Shown: positions 37,106 through 47,096, numbered from the stretch's first letter. The stretch: 64,000 nt of DNA from Bacteroidetes bacterium HGW-Bacteroidetes-14 (GCA_002842655.1 PHDP01000001.1:1247-65246), one strand, 5' to 3'. Notes: a model not told the origin generated them from the sequence alone. Numbers and translations: made by a program.

Positions 37106-38708
37106 TTTTTATCCTCCTGAAATCAAGATCATGAAAATCGTAGCTGAAATCTGTAAGAGGAGAGATTGCCTTCATTGTGAACCCGGAAGGTTTACCCTCA
37201 AAATCAAAAGTAAAGTTGGCAAAAGAGTCGGCATCAAAACTGCGGTCATCCCATTTGACAACAAAAGTGCTGCCCTTATAAAACAGCATTTCGCCGGCCA
37301 GTTTAGGCGAGCGTAGAGATGAGAACCTCAGCTTCCCGTTCATTAAACTAATATTAACATCCCCGAGCCAGCTGTCTCTGTAAGTACCCTCAAACGAACC
37401 CAGAAAATCTGCCCCGGCAGCTGCGTGAGCCTTTTCAACGACACTCCAGATTGCACCAGTAACATTTCCCGCATACTCACGAGCCTTATTAAGTCTCTCA
37501 AGGTTTTCCGCAACCCTGTCTTTACCTGTTACTCCAAAATATTTGTCCAGAATGGTATTTGTAACAGATGTAAATGCCTCCCCGGATTGCTGATTTGTAA
37601 AAACAATTATCCCGAGATTAAGGTCTGCAATGAGAGTCACCTGAGTGAGCACACCCGAAAGCCCGCCTGTATGCGTAACCATCTTGTAACCATTGACATC
37701 ACTCACTCTCCAGCCAAGAGCATATGCAGAAAAATGTGTTTTATATGTAGTCTGTCCCCTTACAGGAATAATTGTCTGCGGAGTCCACATCTCCTGATGC
37801 GCTCGCGCACTGAACAGCCTCTTTTCTGCAGTTTTTCCGTCTGCCCCGGTTATGCTGAATACCCCTCCGCCCAACTGAGCCATAGCCCACTTTGACATAT
37901 CATTCACACTGCTGAATATCCCTCCGGCCGCATTCGCCATATCTGCCAGATTCATCTGCACCACCTGCACTTTGCCGTCAACAGGAACATGGGCATCAAT
38001 AATGTTTGATTTATAAGGAATCCGGCTGTGGCTGCCGGCACTTCTGTTCATTCCCAGAGGTCTCATGATTCTGCTCTCAATAAACTCCTCCCAGGAAACG
38101 CCCGAAACTCTCGCCACAACCTCACCTGCAATTATATAAAGCAGGTTGTCGTAATCATATTTAGTTCTGAAGGCCGATACCGGTTTTAGGTATCTCATAT
38201 TGAAAATAATATCATTCAGTTTAAAATCTGCACCATCCGGCCAGATCATCAGGTCACCTGCACCAAGACCCAGTCCGCTCCTGTGGGTGAGCAAATCCTT
38301 TATTGTGAAATTCTGAGTAACATAAGGATCATAAAGTCTGAATTCAGGTATAAAATCAACGACCTTGCTATCCCACTCAAGTTTCTCTTCATCAACAAGA
38401 ATTGCCAGGGCTGCAGATGTAAATGCCTTGCTGTTTGAAGCAATTGCAAAGAGAGTATTCTCGTCCATTTTTGCACCCGTAGCCACTGAGCTCACCCCGT
38501 AACCCTTCATATGAACCACCTTGCCATCCTTTACAACAGCCACGGCTATTCCCGGTACATCAAATGCCTTCATAGCCTTTACTGTTACGGAATCAATATA
38601 AGTACCCTCTGAGACCTTAGCGCCCCTCTTCTGGGCAAACGCAGCTCCGTCTGCAATCAGGAAAAACAGCAGTATCAGACTAGTTGAAAATTTTAAAATT
38701 GCTCTCAT
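37092..38708 (-). CDS. Serine hydrolase, beta-lactamase/AmpC-like family with C-terminal DUF3471
   Basis: F.IASNSK (SxxK), LLTHRSG, YDN (YxN), HTGG; signal peptide. Confidence 0.88.
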   Translation of the reverse strand: MRAILKFSTSLILLFFLIADGAAFAQKRGAKVSEGTYIDSVTVKAMKAFDVPGIAVAVVKDGKVVHMKGYGVSSVATGAKMDENTLFAIASNSKAFTSAALAILVDEEKLEWDSKVVDFIPEFRLYDPYVTQNFTIKDLLTHRSGLGLGAGDLMIWPDGADFKLNDIIFNMRYLKPVSAFRTKYDYDNLLYIIAGEVVARVSGVSWEEFIESRIMRPLGMNRSAGSHSRIPYKSNIIDAHVPVDGKVQVVQMNLADMANAAGGIFSSVNDMSKWAMAQLGGGVFSITGADGKTAEKRLFSARAHQEMWTPQTIIPVRGQTTYKTHFSAYALGWRVSDVNGYKMVTHTGGLSGVLTQVTLIADLNLGIIVFTNQQSGEAFTSVTNTILDKYFGVTGKDRVAENLERLNKAREYAGNVTGAIWSVVEKAHAAAGADFLGSFEGTYRDSWLGDVNISLMNGKLRFSSLRSPKLAGEMLFYKGSTFVVKWDDRSFDADSFANFTFDFEGKPSGFTMKAISPLTDFSYDFHDLDFRRIKNGKD

Positions 38709-39702
38709 AATTTCTGTTTTTTATCTCTTTTTCAAGTTTATTTCTAAAATCATCAATTCTGGCAGCCGTTACTCCGCTCTTCTCCCCCTTTTTTGCACCG
38801 TCAGAGAGAATCAGCCTTGCAACCAGAACCACAAGCGTCCATAATGCAGATGGTTCCCAAGGTGCCTCTGCAATATCCCTTACAGTCCGGTCTATGTTTT
38901 CTGCAGAGAAGGCAACAGGATCCAGCGAAGTATACTCATTTGCATCTTTTGCTCCCTTTGCCCCTGTAACAATCTCCTCAAAACTCAGCTCACTCCTGTG
39001 GTAAAAGCTAAACTGAAAATATCCCAGCTGAGAATCGTATCCAAATGAGACCAGTTCAATTTGCGAAGCATCTGCTTCAAAGTTTATCTCCTCGCGAGCC
39101 TCCCTTAGCACACCCTCAAATGGAGTTAGGTCATCAAGATCTATGCTCCCGCTTGCCGAATATGTCCTGAAGAGTCTGTGTGTATCAATAATCTCCCTGT
39201 TTGGCCTCATACCCACAATAACCCTCACTCCGCCAGGGCCGGCACAATCTATAAACAATCCTGTTCCGCAGTGGTTTGCCCGTATAAGATTCCCGGTAAT
39301 ACCTGTATCAAGCCAGTCAGATGTGCCCTCTTCGTATAATCCGTGGCCTGCATCTCTGTAGAATATCTGAGGCGGATAGTGCTTTATTGCGTTGAATGCC
39401 TTGTAGACAGAGTAGCTGGACGGGTGAAAGCCCACTTCGAGCACCCCCTTTGATTTATTAATATTGAAGGAACTTATGCGGACAGTTTTGCTGTCGCCGT
39501 ATCTGAGCTTCTCCCGCTCTGCCCGGAGAATATCCCTGAAGGCATCTGTATCAACAAACTCACTATACTCCGGATAGTCACCCATCTCAATTTCTGTCAT
39601 CTTCAAGCCTTCACTTTTAACAGTAAAAATCTCACCGCCCGACAAATCATTGTTGAGCAGTTCATAAAACGGAATCTCGCTGTTAAATATTTTTGCTTTC
39701 AT
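38680..39702 (-). CDS. Hypothetical protein with a divergent NUDIX-like motif
   Basis: SASGSID...EGVLREAREEIN resembles the Nudix box. Start MKAKIF (39702), supported by a minus-strand TACTTTTG box at 39717-39724. Confidence 0.55.
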   Translation of the reverse strand: MKAKIFNSEIPFYELLNNDLSGGEIFTVKSEGLKMTEIEMGDYPEYSEFVDTDAFRDILRAEREKLRYGDSKTVRISSFNINKSKGVLEVGFHPSSYSVYKAFNAIKHYPPQIFYRDAGHGLYEEGTSDWLDTGITGNLIRANHCGTGLFIDCAGPGGVRVIVGMRPNREIIDTHRLFRTYSASGSIDLDDLTPFEGVLREAREEINFEADASQIELVSFGYDSQLGYFQFSFYHRSELSFEEIVTGAKGAKDANEYTSLDPVAFSAENIDRTVRDIAEAPWEPSALWTLVVLVARLILSDGAKKGEKSGVTAARIDDFRNKLEKEIKNRNYESNFKIFN

Positions 39703-39725
39703 ATTCTTATTCTCTACAAAAGTAG

Positions 39726-40769
39726 TTAATCTGCATGTTGAATGGGAACTGGAAATTCTAAATCGAATTTCCACTTAAGATTATTAATTCTCTCTTTTAA
39801 AAGTGTAAGTTCTTTAATCATATCGTCAAATGAAGGTGGATTTTCCTCGTAAATCATTTGCTCAAGCATAGTTTCATAATCTGACTTCCATTCTCCCATT
39901 ATTAATGGTGACGGCAGCATATTTATTAATTTGGGCTGAAGTTCATTGTAATTCACACCACCAACTTTTGAAAAATTATATCTATGCTCAACAATAATTT
40001 GGTATAGGTCCTTGTCATTTAGCGCTTTCTCAGAAATATCCGTTTTTGAAATTTTAAAAATATCATACAGGTGCCGGCTTAGCCTGTCCGATCGACGATT
40101 TTCTGCAGTTCGATGAAACTCCTCGTGTAAAAGGAAGATTTTTTCTAAAAAAGTCCGCTCTGGATTAACAGTGGGAATATTAATTGGCGCAGAAGAGAAT
40201 TCGAATTCTGCATATTCTTCGTCGACAAGTGAACTGAATGTCTTAACAGTATATGGTTCAATTAACGATCTGCATCCAATTTCTATTTTTACTACCGGTT
40301 TTAAATATTGAGTAGGTTCAATAAGATGAGGATAAATTATCTCAATTGTCCTTGGGTCCCTGTCACTTTCCGTAGTTTCCACCAAATTAAATCTAAGTCC
40401 GGAAATTCCTCTTTCACAGAAAACTTGCTGCAATTCAGGAAATATTGTTTTTACCGTATATTCTCCAGCTCTTTTTCTTAATTGTTCCCTTTTGCTCTTC
40501 GTCAATTCTCCTGAAAATCCCAAAAAATCCCTGTCAATAATAATATCAATATCTTCAGAAAACCGTTCAATAAGTTTCCACGCTTTACTTAATGATGTTC
40601 CACCCTTAAAGATCAGATTATTACCAACCTCCAGATCGAATATCGCAGATAATGTTTGAACAACCCACCAGTCTTTCTCTACAGCGAAAGATGACATCCC
40701 CGTTTTTTCAGCTATTTGCTTGTATACATTCTTTTTCGTTAAATCAGGGACAGCTAGCCACTTATTCAT
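39726..40769 (-). CDS. AbiEii/AbiGii family nucleotidyltransferase toxin (type IV TA)
   Basis: VEKDWW, IFKGGTSLSK...IERFSEDID, RTFLEKI.LLHEE, SRHLYD. Confidence 0.92.
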   Translation of the reverse strand: MNKWLAVPDLTKKNVYKQIAEKTGMSSFAVEKDWWVVQTLSAIFDLEVGNNLIFKGGTSLSKAWKLIERFSEDIDIIIDRDFLGFSGELTKSKREQLRKRAGEYTVKTIFPELQQVFCERGISGLRFNLVETTESDRDPRTIEIIYPHLIEPTQYLKPVVKIEIGCRSLIEPYTVKTFSSLVDEEYAEFEFSSAPINIPTVNPERTFLEKIFLLHEEFHRTAENRRSDRLSRHLYDIFKISKTDISEKALNDKDLYQIIVEHRYNFSKVGGVNYNELQPKLINMLPSPLIMGEWKSDYETMLEQMIYEENPPSFDDMIKELTLLKERINNLKWKFDLEFPVPIQHAD

Positions 40770-41373
40770 ACTTTTCTGAATTTAATGCTTTACGCATGAT
40801 TATTCTGATCCATTCGGGAGCAAGCCTTATGTCATGCTCTAACCTATACTCGTTTTCACTTTCCAGGTGCTTTAAAACTATATTAATATCCTCTTCTGTT
40901 ACCTTTTCTTTACCAATAGCTTTCAATGCCTGTATTACCAATCCGCTAATTTTTCCAATAGTTGCAAGGTTTTTAGGAGCTGCCTTTTTAAAAACAATTT
41001 TTCTTTTACCTAAGTTAATTCTACGAGCAGCTCCATCTGTAAGATAAACAACATTCATTGGTATTTGGGTTGATAGTCCCAGTGCATTTAGTGCCATCGC
41101 ACCTGTTGCCATTATGCGCGCCTTATCTCTTTTTCTAATTGCATCTGCTATGGATTCTGCACTTGGTTTTAACTCTCCAATAATTGGATCAATCTCCATT
41201 CTTGAATATATTCCACGAGAAACTCTAGATATATCTCCTTTCGCAGTCAATCTTTCCAGTGCTTTTGATGCGGTTTTTGCTGATCCAAATCGTAAAAAAT
41301 CTTCTACAAAAAAGAGCGAGCCCCTCTTCGCTTTTTTAATTTTTTTAATAATCTTATCATCAATACTATCCAT
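40762..41373 (-). CDS. DUF6088 family AbiEi-like antitoxin / transcriptional regulator
   Basis: N-terminal wHTH (KALERL...I.RV.RGIY), ALNALGLSTQIPM..VYLTDG..R; overlaps the toxin start by 8 nt. Confidence 0.88.
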   Translation of the reverse strand: MDSIDDKIIKKIKKAKRGSLFFVEDFLRFGSAKTASKALERLTAKGDISRVSRGIYSRMEIDPIIGELKPSAESIADAIRKRDKARIMATGAMALNALGLSTQIPMNVVYLTDGAARRINLGKRKIVFKKAAPKNLATIGKISGLVIQALKAIGKEKVTEEDINIVLKHLESENEYRLEHDIRLAPEWIRIIMRKALNSEKYE

Positions 41374-41392
41374 AACTAATTATGATATATTT

Positions 41393-41421
41393 TGTCGCAA
41401 TAATAGTAAATATTTGCGACA
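41393..41421. promoter_or_regulatory. Inverted-repeat operator candidate for TA autoregulation
   Basis: TGTCGCAA-N13-TTGCGACA, starting 20 nt upstream of the antitoxin ATG. Confidence 0.6.
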
Positions 41422-41587
41422 TTTCAACTAAAAACATCACAATAAAAAAAACAAATTTCTAGTTAAAATAAAAATATTAAAGTATTCATTTTTTATCCTC
41501 ATATCATCAGAAATAAGATTTATACAATATGTTAAAGCAGCTGCATTAATTTTATGTAAATTGAGCCAATCACATAAGCATAACTTT

Positions 41588-44500
41588 ATGAAAGCTCTAA
41601 AGTTAACGGCTATATTCATAATTCTGATTATAGCCATTCAGACATCCCTGCGGGCAGATTCACCACAGTCGTGGCAGAACAAAACATACAAGTATGGAAT
41701 TTTTGAGTACAAGCTCCCACCGGACTGGGTTCTTGACAAAGAGTTTACTAATGAAGAGTTTCTTACGTTCAGACAGATAGTTGGCGGAGAATTGAGGTAT
41801 ATTGTAAGAGTCAGGCATAAAGGGACTATTACCAGGCATAACCGTGACCTGGAAATTCACTATCAAACAATTACAAAGGCACATAATGAAAGAAAAGACA
41901 ACATTGACCATGTAGAAAAGCCGAGTAAATACAAAACTCTGGGAACAGACAAATGCTGGATGCTTTCATACGTTGCTCCTGCTTTAAACCACCGGGGATT
42001 TATATTTACTCCGGTTGTGGATGGAAAGATGTATCAGGTTTTTGTATTTGATAAAATTGCAAAAAAGAAAGAGCTCAGAAAGGAGGCAGCAGATTTTATT
42101 GCAGCAATCACAATTGCAGGAGCCGGGAAGAGAGAGGTGAGTCCAGACGAGACTAAGGTTGCGTACAGAAATCTGGATGTAAAGGGCGAAACAATTCCTC
42201 CTGCAAAGCCAATTCCTTATCTTGATATTAATAAAATTACCGTTTCCCAGTGGGACGGATCGGTTGCAGCAGCAATGGAGGGAATGAGACTTGTCTATGG
42301 GCCTATGAACCAAAGTCAGGAGGCAGAGTTCATGAAGGCATGGGCTCCGCTCAGGCAGACCCCGTTTAAGGAGGCTGTAGATTACATGAATAAATTCAAT
42401 CCACTTCTGGGTGAATTTCTGGTATACAGGGCCGCCGTTGTACAGAGCAGTCAGCTTCTGGAAGAGGCTGTACTGAATGCCGGGTATGCCGCAGAATTTG
42501 ACGACCCGGAAGGTGTGAGAGCATACCTGGATCTGGCATCGCGATACAGAACCCTTCTTGTATCAAGAGAAAAACGGCTTGAACAAATTGCAAAAGCCCT
42601 CTCAGAACTGGGTAATCCGCCCGATGGCCGTACACTAATGGCCGAGAGACAGGGCAAATACAAAAAAGAGAAAGATTATCTTAAATCTTTGCTTACTACA
42701 TTTACCCCTGAGGGGTGCTGGGCAGGAACAGAAAACCAGTTCATGGAGAGTTTCAAACTGGGAACAATAATCTACCCAGAATACTTTTATGTTTACAAGG
42801 TAAATACAAGCGAAGGAGAGATGCTCTACGCCATTGATATCTGCGTCGGCTGTAATTTGAACAGTCCCTCAGGGGATGTAATTGGCAAAGTAAATGTAAG
42901 GGGCAGAATGAGAGGCGATTTTATCACAAGAGAGCTGAGAGTACCTGACTATATTGGTATAGGACAGGGCGGGGCAAATGACGGCAAGATCTTCCACCAC
43001 TGGGTAAAATTTGATTATCCTTCTATTCCGGTATTTTCCGAAACATCTGACTCCCGTTTTACTCAGCTTATTAAACTTGGAGAGGAGAAAAAAATCACAA
43101 CGTTTAACTCTGCATTCTCAAAGCAGATAAGCAAGAACCGGATGGCCGACGCCTTCTTTAAAACGGCAGTAAGATGGACTGAAGAGGGCAGATGGAACGA
43201 TTACACACACGACCCTGAGAATATGACTCCAAACGACCTTATACTTGCATTTTCTGCAGATATGAGTGGTTCGGCACCCCCGGCTGCCGGGAATAAAGGC
43301 GGACCAAAAACAAAACCTCAGATAGCTGCAACCGCTAAAAGCAATGCCCTCCACTTTGCAGACGACAAAACAGCAGAAGAGCGCAAAAAGCTGGATGCAG
43401 AGGCAATCCAGTTTCACACAAACAACCTTGCCATTATTGATAAAAACATGGCAAAAGACAAGGCAGAGCTTGCAAAGGAGAGAGATCCAAAAAGAAAAGA
43501 GGCATTAAGACTTCGGATCCTGGGTGCACAGGCAGACCAGCAGGCAGAAAAGGACCGGATTGCCACTATTCAAACCGGCCAGATTGTACATTCTCGTTCC
43601 CCCTGGGACGAATATGCAAAAGCAGGGTTCATTCAGAACATAGCAGAGAATCAGCAAAAACTCGAAAATCAATCCAGAAGTATACGAAAGGCCTATGAAA
43701 TGGCCGACAAACTTCCTGACGACAAGGCCCGGGCGGTGAGAGAGGTTCTGAACAGTAAATTCAGGGGAGAGATGATTGGGAGCAATGACGAAGGGGCATT
43801 AAGAGCTGTTGTGGAGGAGGCAAACGCAATAGGAAAAAGCTACTATGAAGCCAAAATGGCTGTAGACAAGTCTGCTAGAGATGATGCAAGGGCAGAAGCA
43901 GAATGGGCTGATGCCTGCCTTCAGACCGCTCAGGTTGTAAAGACAACTGCAGACTATTCAATGATGGGCCTTTCGCTCTTTGGAGGCCAGTATGTGAACA
44001 ATATGTACCAGGGAGTAACTGGCTATATAGAAGGTGGGCCAAAAGAGGCATTCCTGAGAGTGGCCGGCTCTTACAACACAGCAGCAGGACTGGCGGTTGA
44101 CGGATTTCGCGGTTTTGAGGCTGCCGTTAATGAAGGTGGAGACTTTATTGATGGTATTAAAGGGGCTGCCTGGGAGGCGACTAAAGGATATGTAACAGAC
44201 AAGGCGTTATCTTTTGGAATGGGCAAACTCTCATCGGCCTTTTCAAGACCAAACGGAGAGTTTCCTGAAATTGACGGAACAACTGCGAAAAGGGCTCCGC
44301 AAACCGGGACTCCAGACCCTCTCAGGTCAAAAGCCAAACCTGCAAAAGATCCCGATGACTTTAACCGCCCTCTCTCTGCAGAAGAGATGGCCGTTTACCG
44401 GGAACAGGTAGCAGATGGACGTAACAAGGTAAACTCCTATAAAAAGACATACGAAAAACTTGAAGAGGCCCGAAAAGCCAAACTTCCACCTTCTGAAATC

Positions 44501-45433
44501 AAGAAGATACTTGTGGAGCTGGATGACCGCTCTGCAAAAATTCACAGCTCCCCTCAGGCAAAGATGATAATGAAGACTATGCAGAAAAACCCCAAAAATC
44601 TTGACTTGATAAAGCGCTACAGCAATTCAATGGACCGGGTGCATCAGCGTGTGGAGAAAAAATTTCAGCAGGATATGGATCAGAGAGGATGGAGTAAGGA
44701 GCAGCTTGAGCCAATCCGCAACAGGCCCGACCCTGCTGAACTTCAACGGGCAAAAGAGAGACAGGCAAGGGGAGAAGAGGTAAATCCGGAGGATCTGCTT
44801 GGAAGTAAAACTGTAAACATGGATTATGATGCCGGAAGAAAAGCCAGAACTGGACCCGACGGAAAACCTCTCCCTCCGTCTAAAAATGGCGAACCAACTT
44901 CTATAGAGGCGTGGCATGCAGAGGCTCAGGAGGCGTGGGAACGCGCATACCTGGCCGAGACTGGACAAAGTCCTACGCATTCATGGGAGAACATTACCCA
45001 CTCGAAAATGGGCGATGCATATGCAGACAGAACAGTGCTCCAGAGGAACGGAATCATGCATGCAAACAAAGCTTGGGCAGGGCAGACAGCAGATGTCACC
45101 TACTACAAGGCAGAACATATGAAGGGCTCTCCGGAATTCCAGAAAGTTGAAAAGTATGTTGAGATAGCTAGGGGAACCTCAAAGGATTACAAAACAAAGA
45201 TGAATCCACTTTTTGAAAAGAGAAAACCAAAACCGGGAACAAAATCTTACGAATCATGGCAAAAGCACAAGGAATACTGGGATAAAGTAAATAATGTGAT
45301 GGATCAGATGGGTAATGGCAGAAAAGATCCTCTGACAGCAGACAGAGAAATAAGGGAAATAACAGGAGGAAAAAGCTTTCTGGAAGTTACATTTGATATG
45401 AGAAACTTCATGGAATCGTTAATGGTTCTTTAG
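41588..45433 (+). CDS. Large secreted hypothetical protein (helical/coiled-coil core, Gly/Ala-rich segment, unknown C-terminal domain)
   Basis: Long uninterrupted ORF; signal peptide MKALKLTAIFIILIIAIQTSLRA from ATG 41588; no family recognised. Confidence 0.75.
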   Translation: MKALKLTAIFIILIIAIQTSLRADSPQSWQNKTYKYGIFEYKLPPDWVLDKEFTNEEFLTFRQIVGGELRYIVRVRHKGTITRHNRDLEIHYQTITKAHNERKDNIDHVEKPSKYKTLGTDKCWMLSYVAPALNHRGFIFTPVVDGKMYQVFVFDKIAKKKELRKEAADFIAAITIAGAGKREVSPDETKVAYRNLDVKGETIPPAKPIPYLDINKITVSQWDGSVAAAMEGMRLVYGPMNQSQEAEFMKAWAPLRQTPFKEAVDYMNKFNPLLGEFLVYRAAVVQSSQLLEEAVLNAGYAAEFDDPEGVRAYLDLASRYRTLLVSREKRLEQIAKALSELGNPPDGRTLMAERQGKYKKEKDYLKSLLTTFTPEGCWAGTENQFMESFKLGTIIYPEYFYVYKVNTSEGEMLYAIDICVGCNLNSPSGDVIGKVNVRGRMRGDFITRELRVPDYIGIGQGGANDGKIFHHWVKFDYPSIPVFSETSDSRFTQLIKLGEEKKITTFNSAFSKQISKNRMADAFFKTAVRWTEEGRWNDYTHDPENMTPNDLILAFSADMSGSAPPAAGNKGGPKTKPQIAATAKSNALHFADDKTAEERKKLDAEAIQFHTNNLAIIDKNMAKDKAELAKERDPKRKEALRLRILGAQADQQAEKDRIATIQTGQIVHSRSPWDEYAKAGFIQNIAENQQKLENQSRSIRKAYEMADKLPDDKARAVREVLNSKFRGEMIGSNDEGALRAVVEEANAIGKSYYEAKMAVDKSARDDARAEAEWADACLQTAQVVKTTADYSMMGLSLFGGQYVNNMYQGVTGYIEGGPKEAFLRVAGSYNTAAGLAVDGFRGFEAAVNEGGDFIDGIKGAAWEATKGYVTDKALSFGMGKLSSAFSRPNGEFPEIDGTTAKRAPQTGTPDPLRSKAKPAKDPDDFNRPLSAEEMAVYREQVADGRNKVNSYKKTYEKLEEARKAKLPPSEIKKILVELDDRSAKIHSSPQAKMIMKTMQKNPKNLDLIKRYSNSMDRVHQRVEKKFQQDMDQRGWSKEQLEPIRNRPDPAELQRAKERQARGEEVNPEDLLGSKTVNMDYDAGRKARTGPDGKPLPPSKNGEPTSIEAWHAEAQEAWERAYLAETGQSPTHSWENITHSKMGDAYADRTVLQRNGIMHANKAWAGQTADVTYYKAEHMKGSPEFQKVEKYVEIARGTSKDYKTKMNPLFEKRKPKPGTKSYESWQKHKEYWDKVNNVMDQMGNGRKDPLTADREIREITGGKSFLEVTFDMRNFMESLMVL

Positions 45434-45483
45434 ATTTGAGAGAAATATTTTTCTTTACTTTGTGGTCTGCTTAAACACCATAC

Positions 45484-46074
45484 ATGAATTTCCGCTCTCA
45501 AAAGATATTTTTGCTGCTTATTATTCTGATTCCGGTCTGTGCGTATTCCCAGACCAACAGAAAGATAGGGTTATATACAGGTACCGGTACAGAGAGGCTG
45601 AGTGACAAACTTGACCTTGGATTTGATTACAGGTACAGGGTCAATTTTTTCCAGTTTGAATACAGCCACACAATTCATTCATTTGGCAGAACAAATTTAG
45701 AAGGTCACTTTACACCTCAGTTCAATACAACCAGATACAAAAATCTGGATGGATCTGATTATTACAAAACATCTTACGAAACGGGACTAAATATTGCCAT
45801 CGCCTTAAGACAGGAAATTATCCCCCGTAATTTTTCACTCTACATTATGCTGGGAACAGGCCCTCACTACATTTTCGGAGCTCCTGACAGACAGGTCTCC
45901 GGGCTGATTTTCTCAGACAATCTTTTTATTGGAGCACAGGTAAGAGTATGGGACAGACTTCATCTGGACATCAGACCGGGATTTCGGCACATAAGCAACG
46001 CGGAGACCCGTCACCCCAACCTTGGAATAAACTCCTTTACACTTAGCTTCGGATTTTTTCTGGAGATTGATTAA
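45484..46074 (+). CDS. Acyloxyacyl hydrolase / PagL-like lipid A deacylase beta-barrel
   Basis: Signal peptide; beta strands; C-terminal FRHISNA...NLGIN motif. Confidence 0.78.
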   Translation: MNFRSQKIFLLLIILIPVCAYSQTNRKIGLYTGTGTERLSDKLDLGFDYRYRVNFFQFEYSHTIHSFGRTNLEGHFTPQFNTTRYKNLDGSDYYKTSYETGLNIAIALRQEIIPRNFSLYIMLGTGPHYIFGAPDRQVSGLIFSDNLFIGAQVRVWDRLHLDIRPGFRHISNAETRHPNLGINSFTLSFGFFLEID

Positions 46075-46083
46075 ATCGGAATT

Positions 46084-47049
46084 TTATATCCCGGATTGAC
46101 TCTTTTTTGATGAAAGAGCGTTACTCCTTTTGTAAGGAATAGTAAAGTAGAAAGAAGAGCCGTCACCGGGTGCAGATTTAACCCAAACCTTGCCTCCAAG
46201 AAGTTCAACATAAGATCTTACTATTGAGAGCCCAAGTCCTGCACCATCATGAGTTTTTGTGTAGGTCATATTGATTTGCACAAACCTTTCAAATATCTCC
46301 TCCTGTTTGCTCAGCTCAATGCCAACACCGGTATCCTTTACATAAAACAGAAGATTGTTTCCTGAGGTAACATATCCCATCTCCACATATCCTTCGTCTG
46401 TATATGTTATCCCGTTAATCAGAAGGTTTGTAAGTACAGAGGTGAGCTTCTCCCTGTCAGTCCAGATAATTGCCTCTTCATTTACTGTTATGCCAGGTTT
46501 AATATCAATCCTTATTCCTTTTTGCTCTGCCTTAAGAGAGTACAACAACCTGACATTTTCCAGTAATTCGTTAACATCTACCTGAGTAAGGGTGACCTTC
46601 ATCTGTCCTGCATCAATTTTTGATATGTTGACCAGATTGTGCAGCAATCCAAGCATTCTCTCCCCGCTCTCCTCAATTACTGCGATATATTCAAGTCTCT
46701 CTTCATGAGTAAGTTCCGGATCCTTGAGTAACTCTGCAAATCCCATCACTCCATTCATAGGAGTTCTGATTTCGTGACTGACATTTGCAAGAAAACCAGA
46801 TTTAAGTCTGTCGCTTTCAAGTGCCCTGGCCTCTGCCCGTCTGAGTTTCTGAAGGTGTCGTCTGAGAAATATATAGAAGAACAAGGCCGTAATTACAACA
46901 TAAAACCAGCCTTTGAAGGTTTGTATTTCTGTGAGTCGCTCCGGATCATCAACAAGAGACATCAGGATTCTGTCTGAGAAGAGAATCCATGCTCCTCCAA
47001 GTAAGAGGTAGAAGAGCGTAATACCGTATTCGAACCTGAACTTTGCCAT
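46084..47049 (-). CDS. Sensor histidine kinase (two TM helices, HisKA, HATPase)
   Basis: FLANVSHEIRTPMNG, NLLING, DTGVGI, GAGLGLSI. Confidence 0.9.
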   Translation of the reverse strand: MAKFRFEYGITLFYLLLGGAWILFSDRILMSLVDDPERLTEIQTFKGWFYVVITALFFYIFLRRHLQKLRRAEARALESDRLKSGFLANVSHEIRTPMNGVMGFAELLKDPELTHEERLEYIAVIEESGERMLGLLHNLVNISKIDAGQMKVTLTQVDVNELLENVRLLYSLKAEQKGIRIDIKPGITVNEEAIIWTDREKLTSVLTNLLINGITYTDEGYVEMGYVTSGNNLLFYVKDTGVGIELSKQEEIFERFVQINMTYTKTHDGAGLGLSIVRSYVELLGGKVWVKSAPGDGSSFYFTIPYKRSNALSSKKSQSGI

Positions 47050-47096
47050 GTCCGCAGGATTTTACGCTAATTTAACAATTTCCTTTAGAATGACAA

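Noticed and set aside
37092-38708. Antibiotic-resistance beta-lactamase
   Set aside because: The SxxK/YxN/HTG plus DUF3471 architecture is typical of peptidase/esterase-like serine hydrolases; resistance cannot be inferred from it.
39703-39774. Apparent overlap or coupling of the NUDIX-like ORF with the AbiEii toxin, suggesting a three-gene TA operon
   Set aside because: A better ATG at 39702 has its own -7 box, and the base composition differs from the TA genes, so the overlap is an ORF-calling artefact.
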